This document shows, piece after piece, positions 41,796 to 51,835 of a stretch of 64,000 bases of DNA; position 1 is the stretch's first letter; each line of letters begins with the position of its first letter. Under the pieces are notes generated by a model that worked only from the letters and a program-made list of their open reading frames with translations, was not told the origin of the DNA and made no database searches. The DNA comes from an uncultured Chloroflexia bacterium. GTDB lineage: Bacteria; Chloroflexota; UBA6077; JACCZL01. Made by a program: the position numbers and the translations under genes. The DNA lies in the NCBI GenBank assembly GCA_963765765.1, contig CAVXYC010000007.1, positions 1-64,000 on the forward strand, in the 5' to 3' direction.

Positions 41796-42740
41796 TCAGG
41801 CCGAGAGGGCCTGGGCGGCGCTGCGGATCTTTCCGGGCCATCCCGCGTGATCTCTTCCACGAGCTTGACCACCTGCGGATGCTCCAGACCCGAGACCAGG
41901 AAGGTCCAGCGCCAAGCGTGCAGCGTCTTGGCGCTGATCTCCTGACGCTCGGACTCGGTGAACCCGCGCCCGGTCGCTGCCTTGTAGCGCGTCGATATTC
42001 AGGGCGATCTGCTGCTGCAGCAAGCCATCGATGGCACCACCCAGCTCGAGCACCTCGTCGATCGCTGCCTCGCGCTGCGCCAGCGGCATGTCCTCGACCA
42101 TCTCGGCGATGAGCATCGTGTCGATCTTGGCGTGCTGCGCCTCGTCCAGCCAGTGATGCCGCAGCAGGTCGCGGAACAGATCGTCGAGGTCGGTCTTGTT
42201 CCGGACATGCTCCGTGTAGTGGACCTGCACGAACCACTCGATGATGTTGATCAGGAGCAGCACCGCGAGGTCGGACTTGCTCCGGACCACCTCCGCGACC
42301 GCTTCGCGCCCGGGGATCAGCCCTGGGGTGGCGCCGAACTGCTCGGTGAACAGGTCGATCGAGCGACGGAACATCTCCTGGTGCTTCAGCTCCTCCTCCG
42401 AAAAGCGCAGGAGTGAGCGCTGTCGCACCTCGTCGCCGTAGGGATTCTGCAGAACTTCTTCGGTGACGGTAGGAACGATGAACTCCTCCACGAAGGCAAA
42501 GAGGTGGCAGTACGCGTTGCCCATGATCTGGTTCAGCATGCGCTTCTCATCGTCGTCGAGGCAGGCGATCGCGTCAACACCGCTGAGGCGGTCGGGCAAA
42601 AAGCGCTTCGAGAGATCGAAACGCCGACCGTTGAGGACCTCGTCTTCCTGCCAGGCAACCTTCTTCGAATTCTCGAGCACGTTCCCAAACGTGTAGTTGT
42701 GGGTGACCATCGGGGTCGGTGCCAGTGTGGTGGTTGTCAT
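41796..42740 (-). CDS. Ferritin-like diiron protein (AurF-like), frameshift near 41985
   Basis: VEEFI, EELKHQ, IEW and HWLDEAQHA ExxH ligands. Confidence 0.75.
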   Translation of the reverse strand: MTTTTLAPTPMVTHNYTFGNVLENSKKVAWQEDEVLNGRRFDLSKRFLPDRLSGVDAIACLDDDEKRMLNQIMGNAYCHLFAFVEEFIVPTVTEEVLQNPYGDEVRQRSLLRFSEEELKHQEMFRRSIDLFTEQFGATPGLIPGREAVAEVVRSKSDLAVLLLINIIEWFVQVHYTEHVRNKTDLDDLFRDLLRHHWLDEAQHAKIDTMLIAEMVEDMPLAQREAAIDEVLELGGAIDGLLQQQIALNIDALQGSDRARVHRVRASGDQRQDAARLALDLPGLGSGASAGGQARGRDHAGWPGKIRSAAQALSA

Positions 42741-43532
42741 GATGTGGATGTCCTTCCCTCGGGCCCGCGGCGCGGGACCGGAATGCGCTCGGTGGTCGTC
42801 ATGCCCTGTGCGATCGAATCGACGGCCGTGGTCGCCGATGAGTGGAGCCTCGCGGCGGGCGTCCAGGCCGTCGCGATGATTTCCTCCGGGATGAAGATCG
42901 GACGGTCCTGCCGGTCGCTCTCTTCGGTGGCGGCTCAACCGTTCGTCACCGTCACTCTAGGGAGCGTCCGTCTCTTACTCGTCCCCCGGCGCGTCCCCTA
43001 CCGTGTCCTTTGCGAGGAATTTCGAAATTGGTCTGGAATTCCTTGGTGAGGACCTTGACATCAAGTGGTTGCCATAGGGCCTGCTCCTTTCTGGCCAGTG
43101 GCCGGTCGCACGAGGTAGAGCCCGCCTTCCGGATTGGCGGCTGGTCGCGTACCTGACCGTGCGGCGCGCCCCGCGGTTCGGTTTTCCACGAGCCAACCCA
43201 GGGAACTCGCGTCCCCGGGGATTCCCTCCACGCGCGGCAAGCCAAGCAACTCCGTGGTCATGTCCGGGCGATCATCCGTCTCGTCGTCGGGCTCGCCCTG
43301 GTAGACGAACGGGACCCGCGATGGACGCAAAGGCGGCGCATGGCACACCGGAACGGCCATCTGGCCCGCGCGCTTCGACGCCGGCCCGCCACATCGGGCG
43401 CGGTTGGTGCGGCGCGGTCTCTCGGCGAGGCCCGAATCGACCGGCCGATGTGGCCCGAACGCGGCGACGAGCGTGCATCCATTTCGGGTCGGCGTCGTCT
43501 ACAGGAGCGAATCCGACCGAAAAGGAGCCACC

Positions 43533-44154
43533 ATGACCACACCGACGACCAGCCAGCCGACCAGAGAGTTGCAGATCGACTTCTTGTTCCTCGATCTCGA
43601 CACCTGCACCCGCTGCCGAGCCACCGATGCGACGTTGCTCGAGGCAATCGAGCGTACCCGCCCCGCTCTCGAGGCCGCCGGTGTGGTGGCCCGCGTGACC
43701 AAGACCCTCGTCTCGAACGAGGCGGCGGCACACGAGCTCGGATTCGTCAGCTCGCCCACGATCCGGTCGATGGCGTCGACATCGCCGACGAGCTGGTCGA
43801 GAGCGCCTGCGACACGTGCAGCGAGGCCTGTGGCTGTCCCGGTGGTGTCGACTCCAGGGACTGGGTCTACCGAGGCGAGCGGAGCACCGAGCCGCCGCTG
43901 GGTCTCATCGTCGAAGCGATCATGCGCCGAGCGCTCGGCGCCGACCCCGCCGGCTAACACACACCAGAGCCGGGACCCCGCCACGTGCCGACGAACCTCC
44001 GCCGGCTATTTCGCGGCTGCGGCGGCTGCCACACCGGCATCCGACTGTTGCCCACCGGGACGTCCAAGCCGACTGCTGCATGCCCGAGGACAAGGCCGCC
44101 TGTTGTGGCAGCGGGGCGGGGTCGTCATCCTGCGGCTGCGGCGCTGGGCACTGA
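43533..44154 (+). CDS. DUF2703-like thioredoxin-fold protein with a Cys-rich tail, frameshifted
   Basis: IDFLFLDLDTCTRC, GFVSSPTIR and tail DCC...ACCGSG..SSCGC. Confidence 0.75.
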
Positions 44155-44160
44155 AGTATC

Positions 44161-44826
44161 ATGAGTGCCATGATGGCCGCCCCCACGGAGCTGACTGATG
44201 CGCGCAACGAGGCGCTGCAGGCTATGCGCGCGCGACTGCGCGCATTCATTGAGCGCAGGGTCGGGGATCCCGATGTCGCCGAGGATCTCACGCAGGACGT
44301 GTTACTCCGCCTGCTGATGAACGACGACCGCCAGATCGAGAACCCCACAGCATGGCTCTACCGAGTCGCGCGAAATGCGATCATCGACCACTACCGCACT
44401 CGCCGCGACTGGCGTCCGCTTGAGGCCGATGCCCCGACCCCGCCGAGCCTGGCCGAGGACCCGTTTGCCGACGACTCGCAAGAGGCCAACGCGAGCTCGC
44501 GGGATGTCTGCGCTCGCTCGTGGACCAACTCGCCGAGCCCTACCGATCGGCGTTGATCGACGCTGACCTCACCGGACAGACCCAGGCCGAAGCCGCCCGA
44601 TCGGCGGGTGTGAGCGTCTCCGGGATGAAATCGCGGGTGCAACGTGGTCGCCGCTCGCTGCGCCAGCTCCTCACCGAGTGCTGCCGCGTGTACACCGGGC
44701 CCGCGGGCGGAATCAGGGGCTACGAACCGGCGCCGGCTGTGGAGAGTCGCCGCAGGGCGGGGGCGGCGTCCCGGGCCACTGCGGATGCGCGGGCACACCG
44801 CCGTGAGCCGAGGGAGCGCCGGCTAG
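44161..44826 (+). CDS. ECF RNA polymerase sigma factor (SigZ-like), frameshift near 44490
   Basis: AEDLTQDV, WLYRVARNAIIDHYR and SVSGMKSRVQRGR..L..LL..CC. Confidence 0.85.
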
Positions 44827-45094
44827 GCCTTCCGGGGTCGAGCACGCCCGAGCGGCGGGATCGTCGGCGAGGCGTTCATCGAGCGCCGGGCGCACCGCCT
44901 GGGATCAAGTCGCGCCGGGGGCGGCTCGATTTGGAACGACTGGCAGCTTGCACCTTCCCAGCGTCGCGCGGTCAACGTGAGCTGCATCCGGAAGGCCATT
45001 CGCTCCTAGGCACCCGGCGTCGATCCGGACTGAGCATCAGGGCCATCGGGCGTGACCGCAACGCCCATCGACCCACCAGAGACTTTTGAAACAG

Positions 45095-45120
45095 GGTCCG
45101 ATAATCCCCATTCTCGGAAC
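45095..45120. repeat. dif-like site
   Basis: GGTCCGATAA-TCCCCA-TTCTCGGAAC. Confidence 0.8.
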
Positions 45121-45158
45121 TACCCGCCAATGATTCGATCTCGGAGTCGATCTTCGTT

Positions 45159-45226
45159 GGTTCCAGATGTGGCCCGCGACCGCGGTTATCGGAACCGATT
45201 TGGACCAGACTATAGGGCTTGACAAC
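45159..45226 (+). repeat. Terminal element, homologue of 121-190
   Basis: GGTTCCAGAT...GGTTATCGGAACC-N21-CTTGACAA. Confidence 0.6.
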
Positions 45227-45350
45227 ACCGCTCCTCCGCCGGCCGCCCTGTTCCAGCCACTCCGGAGCGGACCAGGTGCTGTCTCTCCAACGCCACCGTC
45301 ACCTGGAATGGGAGACACGTGGGATATCCCGGCATATCACCGGACAATAC

Positions 45351-45387
45351 GCAAAGCCCCTCCCGGAGTGATCCCGAGGGGCCTTGC
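45351..45387. terminator. Stem-loop, probable terminator
   Basis: GCAAAGCCCCTC...GAGGGGCCTTGC. Confidence 0.5.
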
Positions 45388-45428
45388 TCGCTCTGGCGGC
45401 GCCTGCGAGGCTCTCGTTCACTACATAG

Positions 45429-45512
45429 GTTTAGTGCCGCGGAGTCAGGCGTTTAGCGTTTGTTCAACAAGCTCTTACTCTGCGTTAAACGGCATGTTAG
45501 GACCAACTCACC
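45429..45512 (+). promoter_or_regulatory. Candidate PHO-box array upstream of phoX
   Basis: GTTTAGT, GTTTAGC, GTTCAAC, GTTAAAC and ACTCACC at 45429, 45451, 45462, 45484 and 45506 (11-bp phase). Confidence 0.55.
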
Positions 45513-45572
45513 GTGCATCCATACCCTGGACAGGTCGGCATTCGACCGGCGTGTGAGGAGGGGTACCACAAT

Positions 45573-47520
45573 ATGTCCGGGAAGCAACAAAAGCCGGCAG
45601 CACTCGAGACAACGACGAACACCTTTCACGACATCATGGAGCGGCGGGTCAGCCGCCGCGGCATTCTGCGGGGCACCGCGGCATTGGCCGCCCTGGCGGT
45701 AACCGGGCCAGTCATCGGCAACGCTTCGTCCGCGTCGGCTCAGGGAAGTGTTCAACCGAGCATCGCCGCCCAGCTCGGCGGGCTCACATTCACGCCCGTT
45801 CCACTTGGCACCGCGGATGAGATCGTGACGCCGCCGGGATTCAGATCCAAGCCGCTCCTTCGCTGGGGTGACCCCATTCTCCCCAATGGCGCGGCGTTCG
45901 ATCCGTCGGCTGTGTCGGCGGCGGCGCAGGCTACGCAGTTCGGCTACAACAACGATTTCCTGATGTTCATGCCGCTGCCACAGGGCTCGAACACGCCGCA
46001 TCATGGTCTTCTCTGGGTAAATCACGAGTACACAAATCCGGAGCTGATGTTCGTGGGGTACGACAAGACCAACCCACAACCAAGTCAGGAGATTGTGGAT
46101 GCCGAGCTGGCTGCCCATGGTGGCTCTGTCGTGGAGATCGCCCGCGACGAGCGAGGAGAGTGGGGCATTCGGCAGAGCTCGATGTTGAACCGCCGCATCA
46201 CCGGCATAACGCCAGTCGGATTCACCGGGCCGGTTGCAGGCCACGAGTGGCTCAAGACTAGCGCTGACCCTACAGGTACAACGGCCATGGGCACGCTGAA
46301 CAACTGCGGAGGCGGGCTAGACTCCCTGGGGCACCATCTTGACCGCGGAAGAAAACTTCCATCAGTACTTCTCGAACGTGAGCAACCTGCCAGATACTGA
46401 CCCGCGCAAGGCCGTCCATACTCGCTATCGTCTGCCCGCTGCGGACTCGGAGCGGCACTGGGAGCAGGTCTACGATCGATTCGACGTGTCGAAGGAGCCC
46501 AACGAGCCGTTTCGCTACGGGTATATCGTCGAGATCGATCCCTACAATCCGAATTCAGCCGCACGTAAGCACACAGCGCTCGGCCGTTTCCTCCACGAGG
46601 CGGCTACCACGGTCATCGCGCCAAATGGGAAGGCTGTGGTCTACAGTGGCGATGACGAGCGCTTCGAGTCGGTCTACAAGTTCGTCAGCGCCGGCACGTA
46701 CGATCCGAACAATCGCGCCGCGAACATGAACTTGCTGACCGAGGGCACACTCTACGTGGCCCGCTTCAACGAGGATGGAACTGGCCAATGGCTTCCACTG
46801 GTTTACGGTGAAGGTCCACTGACGGAAGCTAACGGCTTCACGTCACAAGCAGACGTTCTCATCAAGACGCGCCTAGCGGCTGAGCTTGTCGGAGCCACCA
46901 AGATGGACCGACCAGAGGACATCGAGACGAACCCGGTCAATGGCAAGCTCTACATGGCGATGACCAACAATAACCTTCGTGGCCAGGAGGGGCGGCCCGC
47001 GCCTGACCGAGCCAACCCGCGCGCGGACAATCGCTGGGGCCACATCATTGAAGCCACCGAGTCCAACAACGATGCGTCGGCCACGACATTTATGTGGGAC
47101 ATCTTTATGCTCTGCGGCGAGAACACAAACGAGTCCACCTACTTCGCAGGCTACCCAAGGGAGCAGGTGAGCTCGATCAGCGCGCCGGACAACATCACCT
47201 TTGACGCGGCTGGGAACCTCTGGATTGCCACAGACGGGCAACCGTCCGCGATCAAGGCGAATGACGGAATCTACGCGGTTCCCACTTCCGGCCCAGAGCG
47301 CGGATTTGTACGGCAATTCATGTCCGGCGTCCTGGGCGCGGAAATGGCGAGCCTCGCGTTCAATCCTGACAGCACGGCGATCTTCGTATCCGTCCAACAT
47401 CCCGGTGAAGGCGGAACGCTAGAGGCGCCGGTGAGTTGGTGGCCCGATGGTGGCCAGCCGCCCCGTCCAAGCGTCGTGGTCGCCTGGTCCGAGACAGGAA
47501 AGCTGATCGGCGAAGCTTAG
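45573..47520 (+). CDS. phoX: PhoX alkaline phosphatase, frameshift near 46320
   Basis: Tat motif SRRGIL, VNHEY, NNCGGG, ALGRFLHE, MDRPEDI, PDNI and VQHPGE. Confidence 0.93.
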
Positions 47521-47587
47521 CTTTCGAGCCCTCTCGTAATATCGACCAGCGGTGAATCGATTGAGGAGAAAGCGGTTGCCTGTGGTG

Positions 47588-47899
47588 CTACTTCCTCCAC
47601 CTCACCATCGGCGGCCCTTCGACGCGCGGGCGTATGAAGCCCATCACATCGCCGAGCCGCACGTGGCTCAGCGTGGGATGCTGAAAGTGTGCGTCCGGAT
47701 TGATCTCGTAGTGCTTGCGCACACCCACCCGTGTGGACGTGAGCATGCCCGCCTCCTCGAGGTCATGAAGGACGGTAATGACCCGGCGTTCGGAGAGTCC
47801 GAGCGCCGCCGTGATCTCCCGGCCAGTAGCGTCCGGCTCCGTCGCCAGGTAGAAAAGAACGTGACCGTGGCTGGTGAGCAATGTAAACTGAGCACCCAT
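47588..47899 (-). CDS. Winged-helix (MarR/AsnC-like) DNA-binding protein
   Basis: FTLLTSHGHVL, LSER.V..VLHDLEEAG and HFQHP. Confidence 0.8.
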   Translation of the reverse strand: MGAQFTLLTSHGHVLFYLATEPDATGREITAALGLSERRVITVLHDLEEAGMLTSTRVGVRKHYEINPDAHFQHPTLSHVRLGDVMGFIRPRVEGPPMVRWRK

Positions 47900-47983
47900 A
47901 CGTACGTCCGCTCCTGCGTCCGCTCCCGCGCACGTCTTGCCAGTAGCCTGATTCTACGCGCAGGTGCACATTGAAATGCACTA

Positions 47984-50179
47984 TTACGATGAGCGATCCG
48001 CCTCAACGATGCTCGTGGCGGCGGTCGACGCTGGCACTTCAGGGCGGTCGACCGGGGCGAGACCAGGCGGAGTCTCCGCCTGCTGACGAGACAAACCGGT
48101 GACTCTCAGGATCTCCGCTTCGTCCAGCGTCTCATGCTCCAGGAGTGCGACCACGAGCGCATCCAAAGCAGGGCGCCGAGAACGAAGCTGGTCCAGGGCT
48201 ATCTGATAGCAGTCATCAAGAATCAGCCGTACCTCCGTGTCCACCATGCGCGCGGTAGCCTCACTGAACGGCCGTGGGCCTGGCATGCCCCACATCTCCG
48301 ATTGGCCGAGATAGCCCTGGTCACGGGGAGCCAGCGTCACCGGACCAAGCCGCTCGCTCATGCCCCATCGCGTCACCATTGAACGTGCCAACGATGTGGC
48401 CACCTCCATGTCATTCTCGGCGCCGGTGGTACGGGTGCCGTAGACCAGCTCCTCCGCTGCGCGACCGCCGAGCGCTCCAACGATGCGGGCCCTGAGGTAC
48501 ACCTCATCGTAGTTGTGTCGGTCGTCCTCAGGACGCTGATACGTCACCCCCAGGGCTTGGCCACGCGGCGTTATAGTGACGCGGTTCACGGGATCGGCAC
48601 CCTTGACCACGAGTCCGAGCACCGTGTGTCCGCCCTCGTGGTAAGCAACCTTCTCCCGGTCGGCCGGGCTCAAGACGAGGTCTCGCGCCGGTCCCAGAAT
48701 CGCCTTCTCGAGGGCATCCATGAAGTCGCGCTGAAAAACGTACTCCGCATTGCGGCGGGCAGCGCCCAACGCGGCCTCATTAACGAGATTCCGCAGATCA
48801 GCGCCCACCAGACCCGGTGTTGCCTTTGCTAACGCCACCAAATCTACGTCTTTGGCGAGAGGAATAGAACGCGTGTGCACACGCAAGATCGCCTCGCGTC
48901 CTGCGCGATCTGGGGGATGGACGATGACACGACGATCGAATCGGCCCGGCCGAAGCAAGGCTGCGTCCAGCACATCGGGGCGGTTGGTCGCCGCCAGAAT
49001 GATGACGCCCTCGCGAGAGCTGAACCCGTCCATCTCCGTGAGGATCTGGTTGAGCGTCTGCTCCTGCTCAGAATGCGCGCCGCTCATGAAACCGCCGCCG
49101 CGCGACCGCCCTATGGCATCCAGCTCATCGATGAAGATAATTGCCGGAGCTGCCTCACGAGCCTGGCGGAACAGATCGCGCACGCGACTGGCGCCAACGC
49201 CCACAACCATTTCCACGAACTCCGATGCGCCCATACTGAAGAACGGTACTTCCGCTTCGCCTGCCACTGCGCGAGCTAACAGCGTCTTCCCAGTACCCGG
49301 CGGTCCAACAAGCAATACTCCCTTGGGCGCGACGCCGCCAAGGCGGGTGTACTTGAGCGGGTCCTTGAGGAAGTCAACGATCTCCACAAGCTCCCGCTCG
49401 GCTTCCTCGATCCCAGCCACATCCTGGAACGTGACTTTATCCTGGACCGTATTCTGGTCATAGCGCTTGGCACGGCTCTGGCCGAGACCCATGGCGCCGC
49501 CGAGGCCCGCGGACGCTCGCCGCGAGAGCCAGAGGAACGCCCCAATGAGCAGGATCGTGGGGCCAAAGCTCAGCAACAGGTTCATCCACCAGCTTCGCGG
49601 CTCTTCCAGCGGGCGGGCATTGATGACTACGCCGCCGTCAATCAGAAGGCGCTCCAGTCCTGGGTCCGCGAAGATAGGCAGGTGGGTGGTGAAATCCTTG
49701 TGGGCACCGCTGTCCTGAGCCTCCGTCGGGTTCTTCACCGCCTCACGGAATGTCCCCTGAATCGTGTCGCCGCGCGTGGTGACCTCGATCACGTTTCCGG
49801 CTTCCACCTGTTGCCGAAACAGCGTGTAGGGAATCTCGGGACGGTCGGCCTGGTCAGGAACAACGCGGGCAATGACAAAGTAGTTGAAAAGGAGAAGACC
49901 GAGAAAGAGCATCCAGGAGCGCCGGGCAGAGCTGCCCGGTGGTCGCTTGGAACGATCCCCCTGCTCAGTCGTGGTGCTCGTTGAGCCGCGCCGGAAGAAA
50001 TCAGTAATGGAGCGGCGGCGTTTCGCGGGCTCCGCGCTTCCACCTGGACCAGGTGGCGTGGATGATGCCGTCGTTGGCTCTGCCGGCCTTGGCCCGCCGC
50101 TGCCCGTAGCCGGCAAGGACCTATCCGCGGGCGGTGGCTGGCCGGAAGACTGGTTGTTCGATTCGATATTCACATTCAT
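47984..50179 (-). CDS. ftsH: ATP-dependent zinc metalloprotease FtsH
   Basis: [24 protein letters not shown] and HEGGH. Confidence 0.96.
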   Translation of the reverse strand: MNVNIESNNQSSGQPPPADRSLPATGSGGPRPAEPTTASSTPPGPGGSAEPAKRRRSITDFFRRGSTSTTTEQGDRSKRPPGSSARRSWMLFLGLLLFNYFVIARVVPDQADRPEIPYTLFRQQVEAGNVIEVTTRGDTIQGTFREAVKNPTEAQDSGAHKDFTTHLPIFADPGLERLLIDGGVVINARPLEEPRSWWMNLLLSFGPTILLIGAFLWLSRRASAGLGGAMGLGQSRAKRYDQNTVQDKVTFQDVAGIEEAERELVEIVDFLKDPLKYTRLGGVAPKGVLLVGPPGTGKTLLARAVAGEAEVPFFSMGASEFVEMVVGVGASRVRDLFRQAREAAPAIIFIDELDAIGRSRGGGFMSGAHSEQEQTLNQILTEMDGFSSREGVIILAATNRPDVLDAALLRPGRFDRRVIVHPPDRAGREAILRVHTRSIPLAKDVDLVALAKATPGLVGADLRNLVNEAALGAARRNAEYVFQRDFMDALEKAILGPARDLVLSPADREKVAYHEGGHTVLGLVVKGADPVNRVTITPRGQALGVTYQRPEDDRHNYDEVYLRARIVGALGGRAAEELVYGTRTTGAENDMEVATSLARSMVTRWGMSERLGPVTLAPRDQGYLGQSEMWGMPGPRPFSEATARMVDTEVRLILDDCYQIALDQLRSRRPALDALVVALLEHETLDEAEILRVTGLSRQQAETPPGLAPVDRPEVPASTAATSIVEADRSS

Positions 50180-50507
50180 GCTCCGAAAGGTGACTACTGC
50201 ACGGATCAGGCCGTCCGAAGAACGGTTTCGGCGGTCCCGTGAATCGATGTAAAGCCTTGTGATTTATCGATGTCGTGATACTAAGCTCATCATAACCCTG
50301 GTACGGGCGCACCCCTTGCATTTCCGACACGAGAGCAAGACGGGCAGCGCCGGCGAGGAATTTCAATACATCCATCGTCGACGTGCCTTCAACTCACGAT
50401 GCAAGTCGAAAGTCTTGGCGGCGAACTTTCCCACTCAACCGAGACTCCAATTCCCCAATCGGGTGATGGGACGGGCCAGGGAGAGCTGTGCTCGGGTGAA
50501 CATTCGG

Positions 50508-50807
50508 CTAGTCAAAGTCGAACAGATTGCCGAGCCAGCCACGGTTCCGCCGCTGGCCGAAGCGATCGTCATCATCTCGGTCGTCGTCAAAGGGATCGTA
50601 GTTCCGTCGATCCTGAAATCGCTCTCGTTGGGGATTTGGCGAATAGGGTGCGTATTGAGAAGGTTCGGAAAATGCGGCCTCTCGTTCAACGAGCTTATCG
50701 ACCTCACCGCGGTCCAGCCAGACTCCGCGACATTGAGGGCAATAGTCGACTTCCACCCCCTGCCGGTCAGTCATCATCAAGGTGACGTTACAACGCGGGC
50801 ATTGCAT
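50508..50807 (-). CDS. zf-TFIIB-like zinc-ribbon protein
   Basis: MQCPRC...VDYCPQCRGVWLDRGE...WLGNLFDFD. Confidence 0.85.
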   Translation of the reverse strand: MQCPRCNVTLMMTDRQGVEVDYCPQCRGVWLDRGEVDKLVEREAAFSEPSQYAPYSPNPQRERFQDRRNYDPFDDDRDDDDRFGQRRNRGWLGNLFDFD

Positions 50808-51155
50808 GCTTCGGTACTCCAGAAATTGAAGGTCAAGATGACACGGAACACGATGGGTCACAAGTGACACTTCCGTGCCTGTAAACGGTCAAGCAGTGAG
50901 CTTGAGACTTGGTCATCACGGGAACAAAAAACCTCCAGCCGATTCAAGAATCAGCCGAAGGTCTTCCAAACCGTCTCCGCATCATGACCGTAGGCCCATA
51001 AGCGGATCTCGATCGACGCCACCGGGCCTACACCCTGTAGGCCGTGCTGACGGTGGCGTCCAATAGAGGTACTCCCCCTCGGATACAAACATCGTATCAG
51101 CGGGCGGTACGGACGTCTACATTTTGTCTGTCTCCCCGGTGTACCGGCACACCGA

Positions 51156-51471
51156 TCAGTCTCTTAGCGTGACCTTGCCAACGTCGCCATTCACCTCGAG
51201 CATCTGGTCGTCGCGCACACAGGTCAGCACACCAGGGATGTTCACGACCGCCGCCTCAACGGTCTCCACCGTCACCGAGCTCAGCCATTCGCCGGGCGAT
51301 CTGTCCGTCGGAGATCACCTGGCGATACACGTCCGAGGTGACGACTCCGCCGCGCGGGACAGGGAAACCAAAGCGATGGAGTCGGCTGAGGTTCCAGCCC
51401 TTCCCGCCGAAACATTCTGGCCCGGCGATCCACGCCTGCTCATAACGAAGTACCGATTGCGGCACGGGCAT
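51156..51471 (-). pseudogene. PEP-utilizing/PPDK-like enzyme with a large internal deletion
   Basis: N-terminal GGKGWNL..L..GFPVP joined to C-terminal AVVNIPG...VNGDVGKV. Confidence 0.7.
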
Positions 51472-51559
51472 CCTTGAGAGAGTATGGCGGACCCGTCGGT
51501 GATATCCAATCGACGATACCGCCGCATGCAACGGTAGAGCCGCAGTCATCAAGATCCTT

Positions 51560-51722
51560 GAGCCGTGCACGTGAGTAAGCGGTTCCTCTCACGATATCTC
51601 CGTTCTAGTTGGGCGCGAGAGGAACCACTTACTCACGTGCACGGCTCGGAGGAACTTATGAATGTGATCGGAGTCCAGAGTTGTTCGCGGGAGGAGCCGC
51701 ACCCTCACGGAGATGCGGCTCT
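51560..51722. repeat. Long hairpin repeat, copy 2
   Basis: Homologous to 28080-28222 with compensatory stem changes. Confidence 0.8.
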
Positions 51723-51835
51723 GATGCGGGTTGACGCCTGCAATCTGAATCAAGGAAGGCGAGAGAGAACCGGTTATCACTGCGGTCCCCATACATGGCG
51801 CTTCCTCTATAGTCATTGAGCATTTCTCTCTCAAC

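Larger units (their letters stand above)
35901..45226. mobile_element. Genomic island 2 (dif-like cassette array with an arsenic operon)
   Basis: Bounded and subdivided by directly oriented dif-like sites; lies between phoR and phoX. Confidence 0.65.

Noticed and set aside
227-45120. The dif-like repeats as a CRISPR array or classical integron attC sites
   Set aside because: Spacing is 1-4.5 kb rather than about 35 bp and there are no cas genes. The sites are about 26-bp palindromes lacking the RYYYAAC...GTTRRRY attC layout, and no intI is present.
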